This document shows positions 1-9,600 of a stretch of 64,000 nt of DNA, one piece after another. Source of the DNA: Candidatus Enterousia sp. Lineage in GTDB: Bacteria; Pseudomonadota; Alphaproteobacteria; Rs-D84. Numbering within the stretch: position 1 is the first letter of the stretch; each line of letters starts with the position of its first letter. The notes under the pieces were generated by a model. That model ran no database searches and had not been told where the DNA came from. It worked only from the letters and a program-made list of their open reading frames with translations. Position numbers and translations under genes: made by a program. The stretch spans positions 2,426-66,425 of the forward strand of contig JAZTWA010000020.1 of NCBI GenBank assembly GCA_045635585.1, written 5' to 3'.

Positions 1-1590
1 ATACATAAAACTGGGGTTAAGCGAAAACTCATAGGCGTCATTGATTTCATGTATTCCAAGCTGACCCGCACGATAGTATGGGGTATAGGTCGATCCACCA
101 ACAAAGCTTGACTGGTATGCACCACTTGGGATTTCATCTGCAACATATGCCGTATCCAATGCAAATTCCAATGGAATTGGCCCATTGTCGCCAAGTGGTT
201 CAGTTACCATTGGCAATATCGGTCCTTGTGCCCTGGAATATAATTGATATGCGATACTATCTGGTGTTACAACAAATACGTCAAACGATACATAGGGATC
301 CCAGTAATCGTCTGATTGATGAAATACGATTTTATCAACATTTACTGGGTTGGAAAACATCAGATCAATGTAATCATTGTGGGAAAACGCATCTGCATGA
401 CTATTATAAATATCATCTGACAATGCATCGATTTCTAAATCATGGCTGCCTGTGCGACATTCGACACCGTCCGAAGTACATAAATCTACAAGAGACACAT
501 TTTGACCATTGATAAACACTTCTATTTCAGACAAAGACAGTTCTGCACCGTTTTCCTGGTTGATCAAGAATATAATTCTGTTTTTCTGTCTTAAAGGAAC
601 CTGACGTACGGTCCTTTGTTCAGCATAAACCAAAGACCAAAGATCGTATGCACAGGCATCTTTTCCTGCATATGCCATAATTTCACCCGGCACCAAAGTT
701 GCAAATTGCAAAGGTTCAATATACGGTATTGGATCGGATGAAACAATGCCTTGCAGATATTCTGGTATTCCTTCTTCAAATTTATCATACCCCATATTGG
801 ATAGCTCTAGCTTCGCCATAGTAAGAATTGGACAACCCACAATGGGTTGACGCAGTACAAATTCTTGCAAACCTGCCCTATTAACAGTATTTGTATAAAT
901 TGGTAGTTCAGAACCGATTGCATCCTCTAACGGAACACAACCATCGCCGTAATACCAAAATCCCGCAGGACATTTTTGGATATTTTGCGCCCTACCACAG
1001 TCGCTTGCGTTGGCTTTTGATGTATCTGCACTGCTCATATTATAGGGACATGACAAAACACCAATATCATGATTTGGATAATACGTTTCCTCGTTTTCAG
1101 GGTCTTTAAACGTATATAACAAAAATCCACCCGGCGCATATGCATCATCCCACACTTCTGTACATAATCCACTGGTACCAGCTTGGTATTCAGAATCGTC
1201 ATAACCAGAGTAATAGCTTTCAAGGACGTAGTCATACGCAACTGTGAACGGTATATAGGTCCCAGAATCACAGAACGCACCAACCCCAGCAAAACATTCA
1301 TCACGACTACCCGCAAATGGTTGTGACGTCGTCAAAACCGGACATGGGTATATACCTGCGTCGGTCTCATTTTCAAGCGCGGCATCAATTTCTATAAAAC
1401 CACCTGGACAATAATATCCTGATTTACATAAAGAATAACATTCAGCAATCTCAAGATCACCGTTTTCGTATGAAGCATAGTATCCAGGGGCGCATTCAAT
1501 AACTTCGCCCCCCGCAAATGCGGATTGTGATACAAACACAACCATAAATAATGTTGATAAAAAGCCCAGAATTCTGCTGATTTTTTTCAT
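1..1590 (-). CDS. Secreted Cys-rich / EIEVF beta-sandwich family protein, N-terminal 530 codons; the gene runs off the left window edge
   Basis: Absent from the ORF track because it has no stop in the window. Manual translation from ATG (complement of 1588-1590) gives MKKISRILGFLSTLFMVVFVSQSAFAGGEVIECAPGYYASYENGDLEIAECYSLCKSGYYCPGG... The frame is open where I checked it (1261-1590, 511-600, 1-60). No complete ORF in this frame is listed in the track, which is consistent with the frame staying open to position 1. The signal peptide is nearly identical to that of the 18456..20207 ORF. An SD-like aagagggga lies upstream. A LSLSEIEVFI motif lies near 511-540. Confidence 0.7.
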   Translation of the reverse strand, partial: MKKISRILGFLSTLFMVVFVSQSAFAGGEVIECAPGYYASYENGDLEIAECYSLCKSGYYCPGGFIEIDAALENETDAGIYPCPVLTTSQPFAGSRDECFAGVGAFCDSGTYIPFTVAYDYVLESYYSGYDDSEYQAGTSGLCTEVWDDAYAPGGFLLYTFKDPENEETYYPNHDIGVLSCPYNMSSADTSKANASDCGRAQNIQKCPAGFWYYGDGCVPLEDAIGSELPIYTNTVNRAGLQEFVLRQPIVGCPILTMAKLELSNMGYDKFEEGIPEYLQGIVSSDPIPYIEPLQFATLVPGEIMAYAGKDACAYDLWSLVYAEQRTVRQVPLRQKNRIIFLINQENGAELSLSEIEVFINGQNVSLVDLCTSDGVECRTGSHDLEIDALSDDIYNSHADAFSHNDYIDLMFSNPVNVDKIVFHQSDDYWDPYVSFDVFVVTPDSIAYQLYSRAQGPILPMVTEPLGDNGPIPLEFALDTAYVADEIPSGAYQSSFVGGSTYTPYYRAGQLGIHEINDAYEFSLNPSFMY

Positions 1591-1688
1591 ACACTTCCCC
1601 TCTTTTGTGTTTAGTGTAGAAAAAAACATTTACTAATACAAGCAGAAACGTGTATATACAATGCAAATTTTTTATTTGACGGGTTTTT
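1591..1688 (-). promoter_or_regulatory. Conserved promoter/5'UTR block of the giant-protein family (copy 1)
   Basis: On the minus strand: GTCAAA, 16 nt, TATATA (plus-strand tatata at 1653-1658, tttgac at 1675-1680), then a ~60-nt leader ending in an SD. The same block with the same spacing occurs at 20208-20305 and 30389-30500. Confidence 0.5.
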
Positions 1689-1711
1689 ATACAGAATTGT
1701 GTGTTTTTCTT

Positions 1712-1874
1712 TTGTCATTGCGATGGGAGTGTAACGACCGACGCAATCCAGATTATATGGATGATTACTGGATTGCCGCGCTTCGCTCGCAATGACAAGA
1801 GGGGTTGGATTGCCGCGCTTCGCTCGCAATGACAAGAGGGGTTGGATTGCCACGCTACGTGTGCGGTGACAAAG
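1712..1874. repeat. Cluster of palindromic intergenic repeat units (family: TGTCATTGCGA...GCAATCCAG and its inverse CTGGATTGC...TCGCAATGACA)
   Basis: One unit, ttgtcattgcgatgggagtgtaacgaccgacgcaatccag (1712-1751), is followed by three inverse-orientation units: ggattgccgcgcttcgctcgcaatgacaag at ~1769-1799 and ~1805-1836, and a degenerate copy at ~1842-1874. The same family occurs at 30525-30763 and 50929-51253. Confidence 0.85.
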
Positions 1875-1878
1875 GGGG

Positions 1879-2820
1879 TTATTTTCTGGATGCGCGGGGG
1901 TGCGCAGATGCGTATATGTTTGATATTTCAGACATGTTTACGCGTGTATATAACTGGGTCGTGGACAAGGATGAATGGCCCAATAATTCTTGCAAACTGC
2001 GTAAGTCCGCCCCACCCGCCAATAATGACGTTGCAAATGTATGGCGTAGTGCGTGCGGGGTTACGTAATCGGGTAACTGTAAATAATGACGCAGGTTTTC
2101 AACAACCTTTTCCGCCATGCGTGCGGACATGGGCAGACCACGAATGCTGCGAAATAATGGATCGGGGCCATCGTTGCCAAATGGACGCAATTTTATATAT
2201 TTATCAACCGATGTCCAAACAATCGGTAATACCGGCACCAGACGTTCTTTGTTACCCTTGCCCGTAATGCGCAATACGTCGGGATGATCGCGCACATCCA
2301 TGTTGCGTAATGATAGCGCTTCGGATATACGAAGACCACACCCAAATAGCAATACAACCAATGCCCAATCGCGCGCAGCAATCCATGGTTCATCCATGTC
2401 AATCGCACGTATCGCGTCTTGCATGTTTTCAACATCAATTGGATCAATCGCCTTGGACAATTTGCGCGGAACCTTGGGCGAAGATATTAAACCGATTGCG
2501 TCGTTCTTGATACCATGATGTTTTGCCAGATATCGATAAAAACCACGTAATGACGATAATGTACGCGCCGTAGATTTGTGCGCCAAGCCACGACGACCAC
2601 GATCCGCCAAAAATGAACGAAAACATATTGTGTCCACGCGTTCTAAATCACGTGGACGGGGCGAAATGCCCGCAAAATTTTCATAAAAACGGATAAAATC
2701 ATAAATGTCGCGTTCATATGCCATTGCCGTATGTTCAGAATAATTCCGCGTTTCACGTAAATATTCAACAAATTCGGCAATAGTGTCTTTCATAACGTAT
2801 GTACCATCATTTGATTTCAA
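1879..2820 (-). CDS. Tyrosine site-specific recombinase, XerC/XerD family
   Basis: 313 aa. The C-terminus HALRHTFATSLLAGGADLRSLQELLGHSSLSTTQLYTRV...HPRA is typical of the Xer catalytic domain (R..H..R/H..Y). The N-terminal SAM-like domain reads FVEYLRETRNYSEHTAMAYERDI. Confidence 0.9.
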   Translation of the reverse strand: MKSNDGTYVMKDTIAEFVEYLRETRNYSEHTAMAYERDIYDFIRFYENFAGISPRPRDLERVDTICFRSFLADRGRRGLAHKSTARTLSSLRGFYRYLAKHHGIKNDAIGLISSPKVPRKLSKAIDPIDVENMQDAIRAIDMDEPWIAARDWALVVLLFGCGLRISEALSLRNMDVRDHPDVLRITGKGNKERLVPVLPIVWTSVDKYIKLRPFGNDGPDPLFRSIRGLPMSARMAEKVVENLRHYLQLPDYVTPHALRHTFATSLLAGGADLRSLQELLGHSSLSTTQLYTRVNMSEISNIYASAHPRASRK

Positions 2821-3538
2821 ACACCGCAGATACAGTTACCGTTACATCGGTGTCTTTGGCAACAAGACCAGCAACAGCCCCATCGGCCATCGTCGATGCC
2901 GTAACCATTTTTGTGCGTAACAAATTTTGTGGTGGCATGGAATCGTTTACATCGGTGCCGTATGAAATACTTAATATCCGCCCCGCATGTTTGTTGTCGC
3001 CCGATGCCAATGCATCTGCGCGTGTGCGTGCGTTTTCAACCGCAACAGATAAACAGCCTTCGATTGCCGGTGCCAATGTTTCAGGACCAGTGTACATGCG
3101 TAAATTTTCCGTAAAAACATTTGGACGTGATGCAAAACGTGTTAAAACTTCTTCAATTGTTGCCATTTCATTCGCAGATACTTCGACCGCAATCGTCGTT
3201 TCATAGCCCAATGTTTCGGATTTTTGAAGTTCGCGATTCCATTCGCTTTTTTCATATGAATTAAACTGGGTCGTTTGAATCTGGACCGGCATGGTTTTTA
3301 ATACGTCGGTTATTCTGTTTATTTGGGTCGTTGCAGATTGCATCGATTCCAATGTCGTTGGTGCCAAAACCGTTACACGTAATGTGATTGCAATTTTGTC
3401 TTTTTTAACACTGGTCAAACATTCGCCATTTACCGCAATTGTGCGTAATGTATCTGTTTTTCGAAGCGCATCAATCCCCAATGCCAAAATTGCACCAAAG
3501 GCAACAACGCCCATGCACCATGTTAATGTTTTCTTCAT
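2807..3538 (-). CDS. SIMPL-domain (DUF541 / BP26-like) periplasmic protein
   Basis: 243 aa with an N-terminal signal/TM segment. The overall pattern (IAVNGE...TQFNSYEKSEW...GYETTIAVEV...AVENARTRADALA...VTVTVSAVFEI) matches SIMPL family architecture as I recall it. Confidence 0.65.
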   Translation of the reverse strand: MKKTLTWCMGVVAFGAILALGIDALRKTDTLRTIAVNGECLTSVKKDKIAITLRVTVLAPTTLESMQSATTQINRITDVLKTMPVQIQTTQFNSYEKSEWNRELQKSETLGYETTIAVEVSANEMATIEEVLTRFASRPNVFTENLRMYTGPETLAPAIEGCLSVAVENARTRADALASGDNKHAGRILSISYGTDVNDSMPPQNLLRTKMVTASTMADGAVAGLVAKDTDVTVTVSAVFEIK

Positions 3539-3571
3539 AATCCCCCCTGTCCTTTATATATCAATTAAACT

Positions 3572-4570
3572 TTATCCCAACATTGCCGCACGAACCCGCG
3601 CAAGCGTTTCAGTTGCAACCGCGCCAGCACGCATGGCCCCATCCGCCAATATCGCGTCGATTTCAGCACGATTTGACATTAAACGTTCATATTCAGCACG
3701 CGCAGATGATAATACGGAATTTATTTTTTCAAATAATATTGTCTTGGCCGTACCGTATCCCATGCCACCACGACGAAACATGTCCGCGAATTCGGCACAT
3801 TCAGAATCTGTGGCAAAATGTTTGTACAAATGGTATATCGTGGATTCATCGGGATTCTTGGATTCATCTGGCGTCTTGGAATCTGTGATAATGCGCATGA
3901 TTTTCTTTTTTAATTCAGATTCCGGTGCCAATAATGGAATGGTGTTGTCGTAAGACTTGCTCATCTTGCGGCCATCCAACCCAGGAATCAATCCAGATTC
4001 GCGACCAATTACCGGTTCGGGCATCTTGAATACAGGGCCGTATATATGATTAAAGTATCCCGCAATATCACGCGCAAATTCAACATGCTGCTTTTGATCC
4101 GAACCAACCGGTACAATGTCGGCATTGTATAATAAAATGTCCGCAGCCATTAATATCGGATATGTGTAAAGCCCCATGTTTACACCCGCATCAATATCCA
4201 CACCATTTGCAATATTTTTATCCATTGCGGCCTTGTATGAATGGGCGCGGTTCATTAAACCCTTTGGGGTTATGTTCATTAATAATGTATTTAACTGGTA
4301 CACTTGGACAATGTCGGATTGTCTGAACAACACTGTGTTATTCATATCCATACCCAATGCAATCATCATCGCCGCCGCTTGGTACGTATGTTCGCGAATT
4401 ATATTCGGATCGTGAATTGTATTCAAGGCATGCAAATCAGCAATAAACATAAAGGTTTTATATTGCTTTGAACGTTCAATTAACGGTTTTAACGCGCCAA
4501 TATAATTGCCCAAATGTGGCATGCCGGTTGGCTTTATACCCGTTAAAACAATCGTATCTGTATTTGACAT
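3572..4570 (-). CDS. trpS: Tryptophanyl-tRNA synthetase
   Basis: 332 aa. HIGH-like motif TGMPHLGNYIGA, KMSKS motif present, and class I TrpRS length and layout. Confidence 0.95.
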   Translation of the reverse strand: MSNTDTIVLTGIKPTGMPHLGNYIGALKPLIERSKQYKTFMFIADLHALNTIHDPNIIREHTYQAAAMMIALGMDMNNTVLFRQSDIVQVYQLNTLLMNITPKGLMNRAHSYKAAMDKNIANGVDIDAGVNMGLYTYPILMAADILLYNADIVPVGSDQKQHVEFARDIAGYFNHIYGPVFKMPEPVIGRESGLIPGLDGRKMSKSYDNTIPLLAPESELKKKIMRIITDSKTPDESKNPDESTIYHLYKHFATDSECAEFADMFRRGGMGYGTAKTILFEKINSVLSSARAEYERLMSNRAEIDAILADGAMRAGAVATETLARVRAAMLG

Positions 4571-4766
4571 AATAATTATCCCTTTAGATTCTTTTTAGGT
4601 TATTTTAATATTTTTTATGAAAAATTCCAAGCCCAATCTTAAACGCCGGGCAACGCGTAATGTAAAAAAGTCAGGCGGCAATGCGCCAACAAAAAAATCC
4701 AGAAAAGATAAAGTATTTTCTTAACATGTGTTGTATTGTATCAAAATAAATATTTTTTTCAATTAT

Positions 4767-4794
4767 AAAAAAAACACGCGCCCATAGACGCGTG
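4767..4794 (-). terminator. Intrinsic terminator downstream of rnpB
   Basis: On the minus strand: CACGCG-tctatggg-CGCGTG followed by a T8 run. Confidence 0.7.
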
Positions 4795-5131
4795 CCGCAG
4801 ATGAACATATAAGCCGGATTCTGTCATGCCATGACCCAGTATGTTTCGCATACCACATCATGGTATTGGGCATGATTAATCTGCATACTATATTACTATG
4901 GTATGTCAAGCCTTCTACCCGCCCCCGGTCTGGGACAAACATAGGGGGCCTATTTGAAGTTGCTGCGCGTAGAGATTGCCCGTTTCACTCGAATTTAATC
5001 GTTTACGTCACTGTTGCTCTGATCGTCGGGTTGCCCCGCCCGGTATATTAGCCGGTACGCTGTCCCATGCAGTCCGGACTTTCCTCCAGCTATCCTGTGG
5101 GATAACCAGCCATGCCCTGTGCATCTTACGG
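4795..5131 (-). ncRNA. rnpB: RNase P RNA (bacterial type A-like)
   Basis: The minus strand contains the universal P4 halves GGAGGAAAGTCCGGAC (complement of ~5073-5088) and ACAGAATCCGGCTTAT (complement of ~4811-4826). P1 pairing is CCGTAAGATG / CATCTGCGG. The ends are approximate. Confidence 0.85.
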
Positions 5132-5180
5132 TCTGGCAGTTTAACATCATTTATTAATAGTTGCAAGATTTAATATAAAT

Positions 5181-5207
5181 AAAAAAATCCGCCACATGGA
5201 CGGATTT
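5181..5207 (-). terminator. Hairpin plus T-run between tRNA-Met and rnpB
   Basis: On the minus strand: AATCCG-tccatgtgg-CGGATT followed by TTTTTT. Confidence 0.6.
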
Positions 5208-5215
5208 TTAAACCT

Positions 5216-5292
5216 TGGTGGGTTAGGTAGGACTTGAACCCACGACCAAAGCGTTATGAGCGCTCCGCTCTAACCAACTGAGCTACTAACCC
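5216..5292 (-). tRNA. tRNA with CAU anticodon (elongator Met or lysidine-modified Ile2; not an initiator)
   Basis: Minus strand GGGTTAGTAGCTCAGTTGGTTAGAGCGGAGCGCTCATAACGCTTTGGTCGTGGGTTCAAGTCCTACCTAACCCACCA folds as a cloverleaf. The anticodon loop is CTCATAA, CCA is encoded, and the 1-72 pair is G-C. Confidence 0.9.
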
Positions 5293-5377
5293 ACGAGGCT
5301 ATATTATATATATTTTTCATTTCAATGCAAGATAAAAATTATTTTATTTTTGTCGGTCTTTGTGTAATGATACGCGT

Positions 5378-6649
5378 ATGCAAAATCTGAAACCAATTTT
5401 AAATACAACGCAAATGACGGCTTTTAATACAATAGAATACACAAACTCTAATGTGTTAATATTGGGGCCGGCCGGAACAGGAAAGTCAACCTTTGTTAAC
5501 TTTTTGAAATCCGCATCAAAAAAGCGAATTGTGTGTGCGTGTCCAACGGCTGTTTCGGCGTTAAATGTTGGTGGGCAGACTATTCATTCACTGTTTCAGA
5601 TTCAGCCACGTGATTTTATATTTCCAGAATTCTTGAAACTGAAAGCAAAACCGCGAAATATATTAACCGCAACGGATGTGTTAATTATCGATGAAATATC
5701 AATGGTGGCACCTGATTTATTAGATGCAATTGATATTCTGGCACGTATGGCACGACATAACAATGAACCTTTTGGCGGAATTCAAATTGTTGCAATCGGG
5801 GATTTGTTTCAATTGCCACCTGTGATAACACGTGATGCAATGACATATTATGAATCAGAATATGGTTATAAAAACGCATATTTCTTTGATAGTAATGTTT
5901 ATAAACGGTCTGAATTTGTAAAGTTTAATTTCGACTTTGTATATCGTCAGAATGATGTTGAACTATTGGAAAACTTGGTACGACTGCGAAACAATGATGT
6001 GGGTGCGTTGGGGTTCTTTAATCAGTGTAAAATCGAAGATCAAAATCGTCGCGATAATGCGGTATTAATTACACCCTTTCGTGCGGTGGCTGAAAGAATA
6101 AACGCATCGCGATTGGCCGCAATACCAGAAACAGAAGTTACGTACAATGGTGTTTTATCCGGTAATTTTTCTGAACGTGATGTTCCTGCGCCGATGGAAT
6201 TAACACTGAAAGTTGGCGCATTGGTTGTTTTTGTAAAAAACGGCGATAAATGGCATAATGGTTCGATGGGAATTATACGTGCATTAACCGCACGAGAAGT
6301 AATTGTTCAATTGTTGTCTGATTCACGTGATTTGGTTGCTGTAAAACCTGAAAAATGGGCAAAAATTGAATATTCACGTGATGAAAATGACAGACTGGTT
6401 GAAAATGAAGTGGGATCATACAAACAATTTCCATTAAATCTGGGATATGCGATGACAATTCACAAAGCCCAAGGAAAAACATTGGACGCGGTCGTTATTG
6501 ATATTTCGCGTGGCGCATTTGCGCATGGACAAACATATGTCGCCCTGTCCCGCACACGACATAGTTGCGATATACATATTTTATCACCATTAAAATCACA
6601 AGATATTATTTTTGATAAACGTGTACTGGATTTTGTAACTGATTTATAA
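5378..6649 (+). CDS. PIF1/RecD-family (SF1B) DNA helicase
   Basis: Walker A GPAGTGKST, Walker B IIDEISMV, QLPPV motif, and C-terminal AMTIHKAQGKTLD and YVALSRT motifs. I prefer the ATG at 5378 to the TTG at 5360. Confidence 0.85.
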   Translation: MQNLKPILNTTQMTAFNTIEYTNSNVLILGPAGTGKSTFVNFLKSASKKRIVCACPTAVSALNVGGQTIHSLFQIQPRDFIFPEFLKLKAKPRNILTATDVLIIDEISMVAPDLLDAIDILARMARHNNEPFGGIQIVAIGDLFQLPPVITRDAMTYYESEYGYKNAYFFDSNVYKRSEFVKFNFDFVYRQNDVELLENLVRLRNNDVGALGFFNQCKIEDQNRRDNAVLITPFRAVAERINASRLAAIPETEVTYNGVLSGNFSERDVPAPMELTLKVGALVVFVKNGDKWHNGSMGIIRALTAREVIVQLLSDSRDLVAVKPEKWAKIEYSRDENDRLVENEVGSYKQFPLNLGYAMTIHKAQGKTLDAVVIDISRGAFAHGQTYVALSRTRHSCDIHILSPLKSQDIIFDKRVLDFVTDL

Positions 6650-6656
6650 CATGTAT

Positions 6657-6688
6657 GAAAAAAACACCCCGATGCGGGGTGTTTTTTT
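6657..6688. terminator. Bidirectional intrinsic terminator between the convergent helicase and giant gene
   Basis: aaaaaaACACCCCGatgCGGGGTGTtttttttt: a perfect 9-bp stem flanked by an A-run and a T-run. Confidence 0.8.
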
Positions 6689-9600
6689 TACCATGATTGA
6701 TATCCAGGATTACATATATTGTCACATTTGTTTGTTTCTGGATTCCAACGTCTTGTGCCTGTTTCATCGTCCAAGTCTTCGCATATTGATATACATTCGT
6801 TATTTTCCAACCAATACTTTTCACCATGGAACATACATGCACCAATTTCGCATTCACGGACATACGAACTGACTAATTGTTCGCCAGATGCGTCATATTT
6901 ATTGTTGCATTCGCCACATTGTTCGTAGTTCATGGAATCCGTTAAATTAGGGTCATTGGTGTAACCAGGGAAACATTCTGTTGCAATACAATCGCCCCAT
7001 TTACCAAGACTTTCATCCCATTCGCGTTCACCGATACCATGTGGCAACGCGCACGTTGTATCGTCCTGTTTACAAATGTTTCTTTCAACGTGATAACCGC
7101 CAACACATTCTTGGATAATACATACACCAAAAGCACCTTTTTTATGATCCCATGTTTGTGTTGCAACAATTGCATTTGAAGCTTCACAAGAACGAACATC
7201 TTCTGCACACTGTTGGCCTTCTGGATGATATCCCGATACACATGATTCAATTACGCAATTGCCGCCTGGTTTATACGATAATGCGTTTTCACGATCACAT
7301 TCTTGACAGATACCATTAACCTTTTCCCAACCGTCACGACATTTAAATTCATAACATGTGTTTCCAACAACTTCACATTCATGATCTGTCATTGTTTTAT
7401 ATTTACACTGTTGTAAATATGGCGCTTTGGTATCAACAGGTGTTATTATGCCATTTTCCACATTACGTATTTCGCATTTTGCATAGCAGCCTGTGATGCT
7501 AGATGCACCTTCGTCTGAATAAGGATACGCGCCACCTGTACGTTCTGTACAAGTATATGGTTTTCCGCCATCATATTTTGGATCGCAGACATAACCCGCA
7601 GGACATGGAACACATTTGTCACCGTCTATGACAAATCCTTTGCCGCATGCAAATGCCGTACATTCTGAACATTTTTCAGTATATGCATTTGTCCCATAAT
7701 AACATGTCTGTGTTCCTTCACCGATTTTTACACCGTCTTCGATGACATCACATACGATGTTCGAGTCAAAACAATCAGATTTATCATTTTTACCCCCAAC
7801 AGAATCACCCTTGCCGGGACATGTATAACACATGTTACCATCAACGTATGCACCTTGGTCAGCAACAACTTCTGTTGCTGTTGGATAACAATCAGTTGCA
7901 GAGTCACATGTTTCGCCTTCTTGGCCGTAATAGTCATTGTATGTACATGTTGTTGGGTTACAAGACATAAACTTTTCAACATCCGAGCAATTTTTTGGTG
8001 TTATTACATCCAGTTGTTTACCAGACTTTTCAACAACCGCATAACAATTATCTTTTGTCTTGGTGCCTTTAATAGAATTTGGGTATTCTGATGGACAAGA
8101 TTCAATACCTTCGGATTTGCCACTATTCTTTTCAAATATTGTTTGACTGCCGTTACAGAATGATTTTGGTGGACATTCTGTACATCTATCCCCTGTTCCG
8201 GAATAATATGTTCCAGCAGTACATTCGATAGCATTTGATACCCATTGTGCTGTAAATGTAACATCTGTGTCTTCTGACAACGTATAGCGTGCACCGCCGT
8301 TATATGCGCGACCATCACTTGCGACCCAACCACTAAATGTATAGTACTTTCGTTCGCATATGTCGCCAGATTCAATTGTGATTGTAGAACCAAACTGATG
8401 TTGTGAAACATTTTGTAATTCCATTCCGTAATCACATTTATAACCAACATTATAAGTCTTTGGTTCACATGTTGGATTTGATGTACCAGAATCTTTTGCT
8501 TCATAACCAGTATTTGCCGTTACAACATATGTTGTTTCTGGGTATGTAGTACCATTATATGCGACTTGCTGAACTTCTACAGTTGCACAACCGTTAATTG
8601 CTTTATTTGGCGCAGTGTATCTGCAATCTGTGTTTGTTGCATATGGCGACACAGAAGAATATGTACCACCATCTGGATTTGCACCAGATAATTCTGAGCA
8701 CGCATGTCTATCTAGTTCATCTTTTGCAGAATAGTACCCTTTTTCCACAAACTTACAATTATTACCAACTTTGTAGTATCCAGAATTACACGATAATACA
8801 TCTGTTACAACACAATTTAGATCATACTTTGTAACACTTAGATAGCACTTTTTCGTTCCTGTACCATTTAAAATTGAAGTATCTGTTTTATAACAATCGC
8901 GACTTTGACTTGCTGTTTCAGATTCTGTGAGTCCCCCATCTGGACATTGGGTCTTTTTACCTGCAATGCAGTAATGATTTTTACCACAGTTTTCAAGTGT
9001 CGTATCAGAAACTTTGATATAACCACCTTCAATAACTTTACAAGATGTTTGTCCTGTCTGTGGTTGATATTCATTTGCTTTGCTGCATGCTGTTGCACCT
9101 TGGGAATCTGTTGTAGAATACGTATATATTTTGACCGTATCTGGACATTTAAACCCGGCATCGCAAGGTTGGCATAATTCCGCACTGGCTGGTAAATATT
9201 CCCCAACTGCACATTCAATTGATTTAATCTGGTATGTTGCAACAAAAGTTTTGTTGAAATCAAATACATAATCAATTTCTGCGCCCTTTTGATATTCTGC
9301 GTTATTTGTCATGTCTGTCCAGCCAGCAAATTCATAACCTTGTAATTTACAGGTTCCAGCATTTTCTGGTAATGTCAATACACTATCATATTTAACAGAA
9401 TCCGCATCTGGGGCATTACCATTTACATCGTCACCACAAGAATAAGTTACATTGTATGTATTTGCCTCCCATTTGGCTGATAGGGTTGCACCGTTTTCGC
9501 ACATAGCGCTATCAGTATATTCAACGACGTTACCATTCCATAACCAACCATTGAATGTATATCCTGTTTTTGACGGTATTGGTAATTCAATCGGGTCGCT

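Noticed and set aside
1675-1680. Plus-strand TTGAC(G/A) hexamer conserved in all three 5' cassettes, considered as a -35 element of a divergent plus-strand promoter.
   Set aside because: No acceptable -10 hexamer lies 16-19 nt downstream on the plus strand in any copy. The conservation is better explained by the minus-strand promoter block.
3291-3953. 220-aa plus-strand ORF antisense to the SIMPL and trpS genes, and similar antisense ORFs (40523..41173, 44833..45510, 58014..58583, 31268..31756, 33345..33809).
   Set aside because: Each overlaps a well-supported gene with recognisable family motifs on the other strand, and none has motifs of its own.
4617-4721. 34-codon highly basic ORF (MKNSKPNLKRRATRNVKKSGGNAPTKKSRKDKVFS) between trpS and rnpB.
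   Set aside because: It has no SD, does not match any small ribosomal protein I know, and lies in an AT-rich spacer. It could be real, but I cannot support it from sequence alone.
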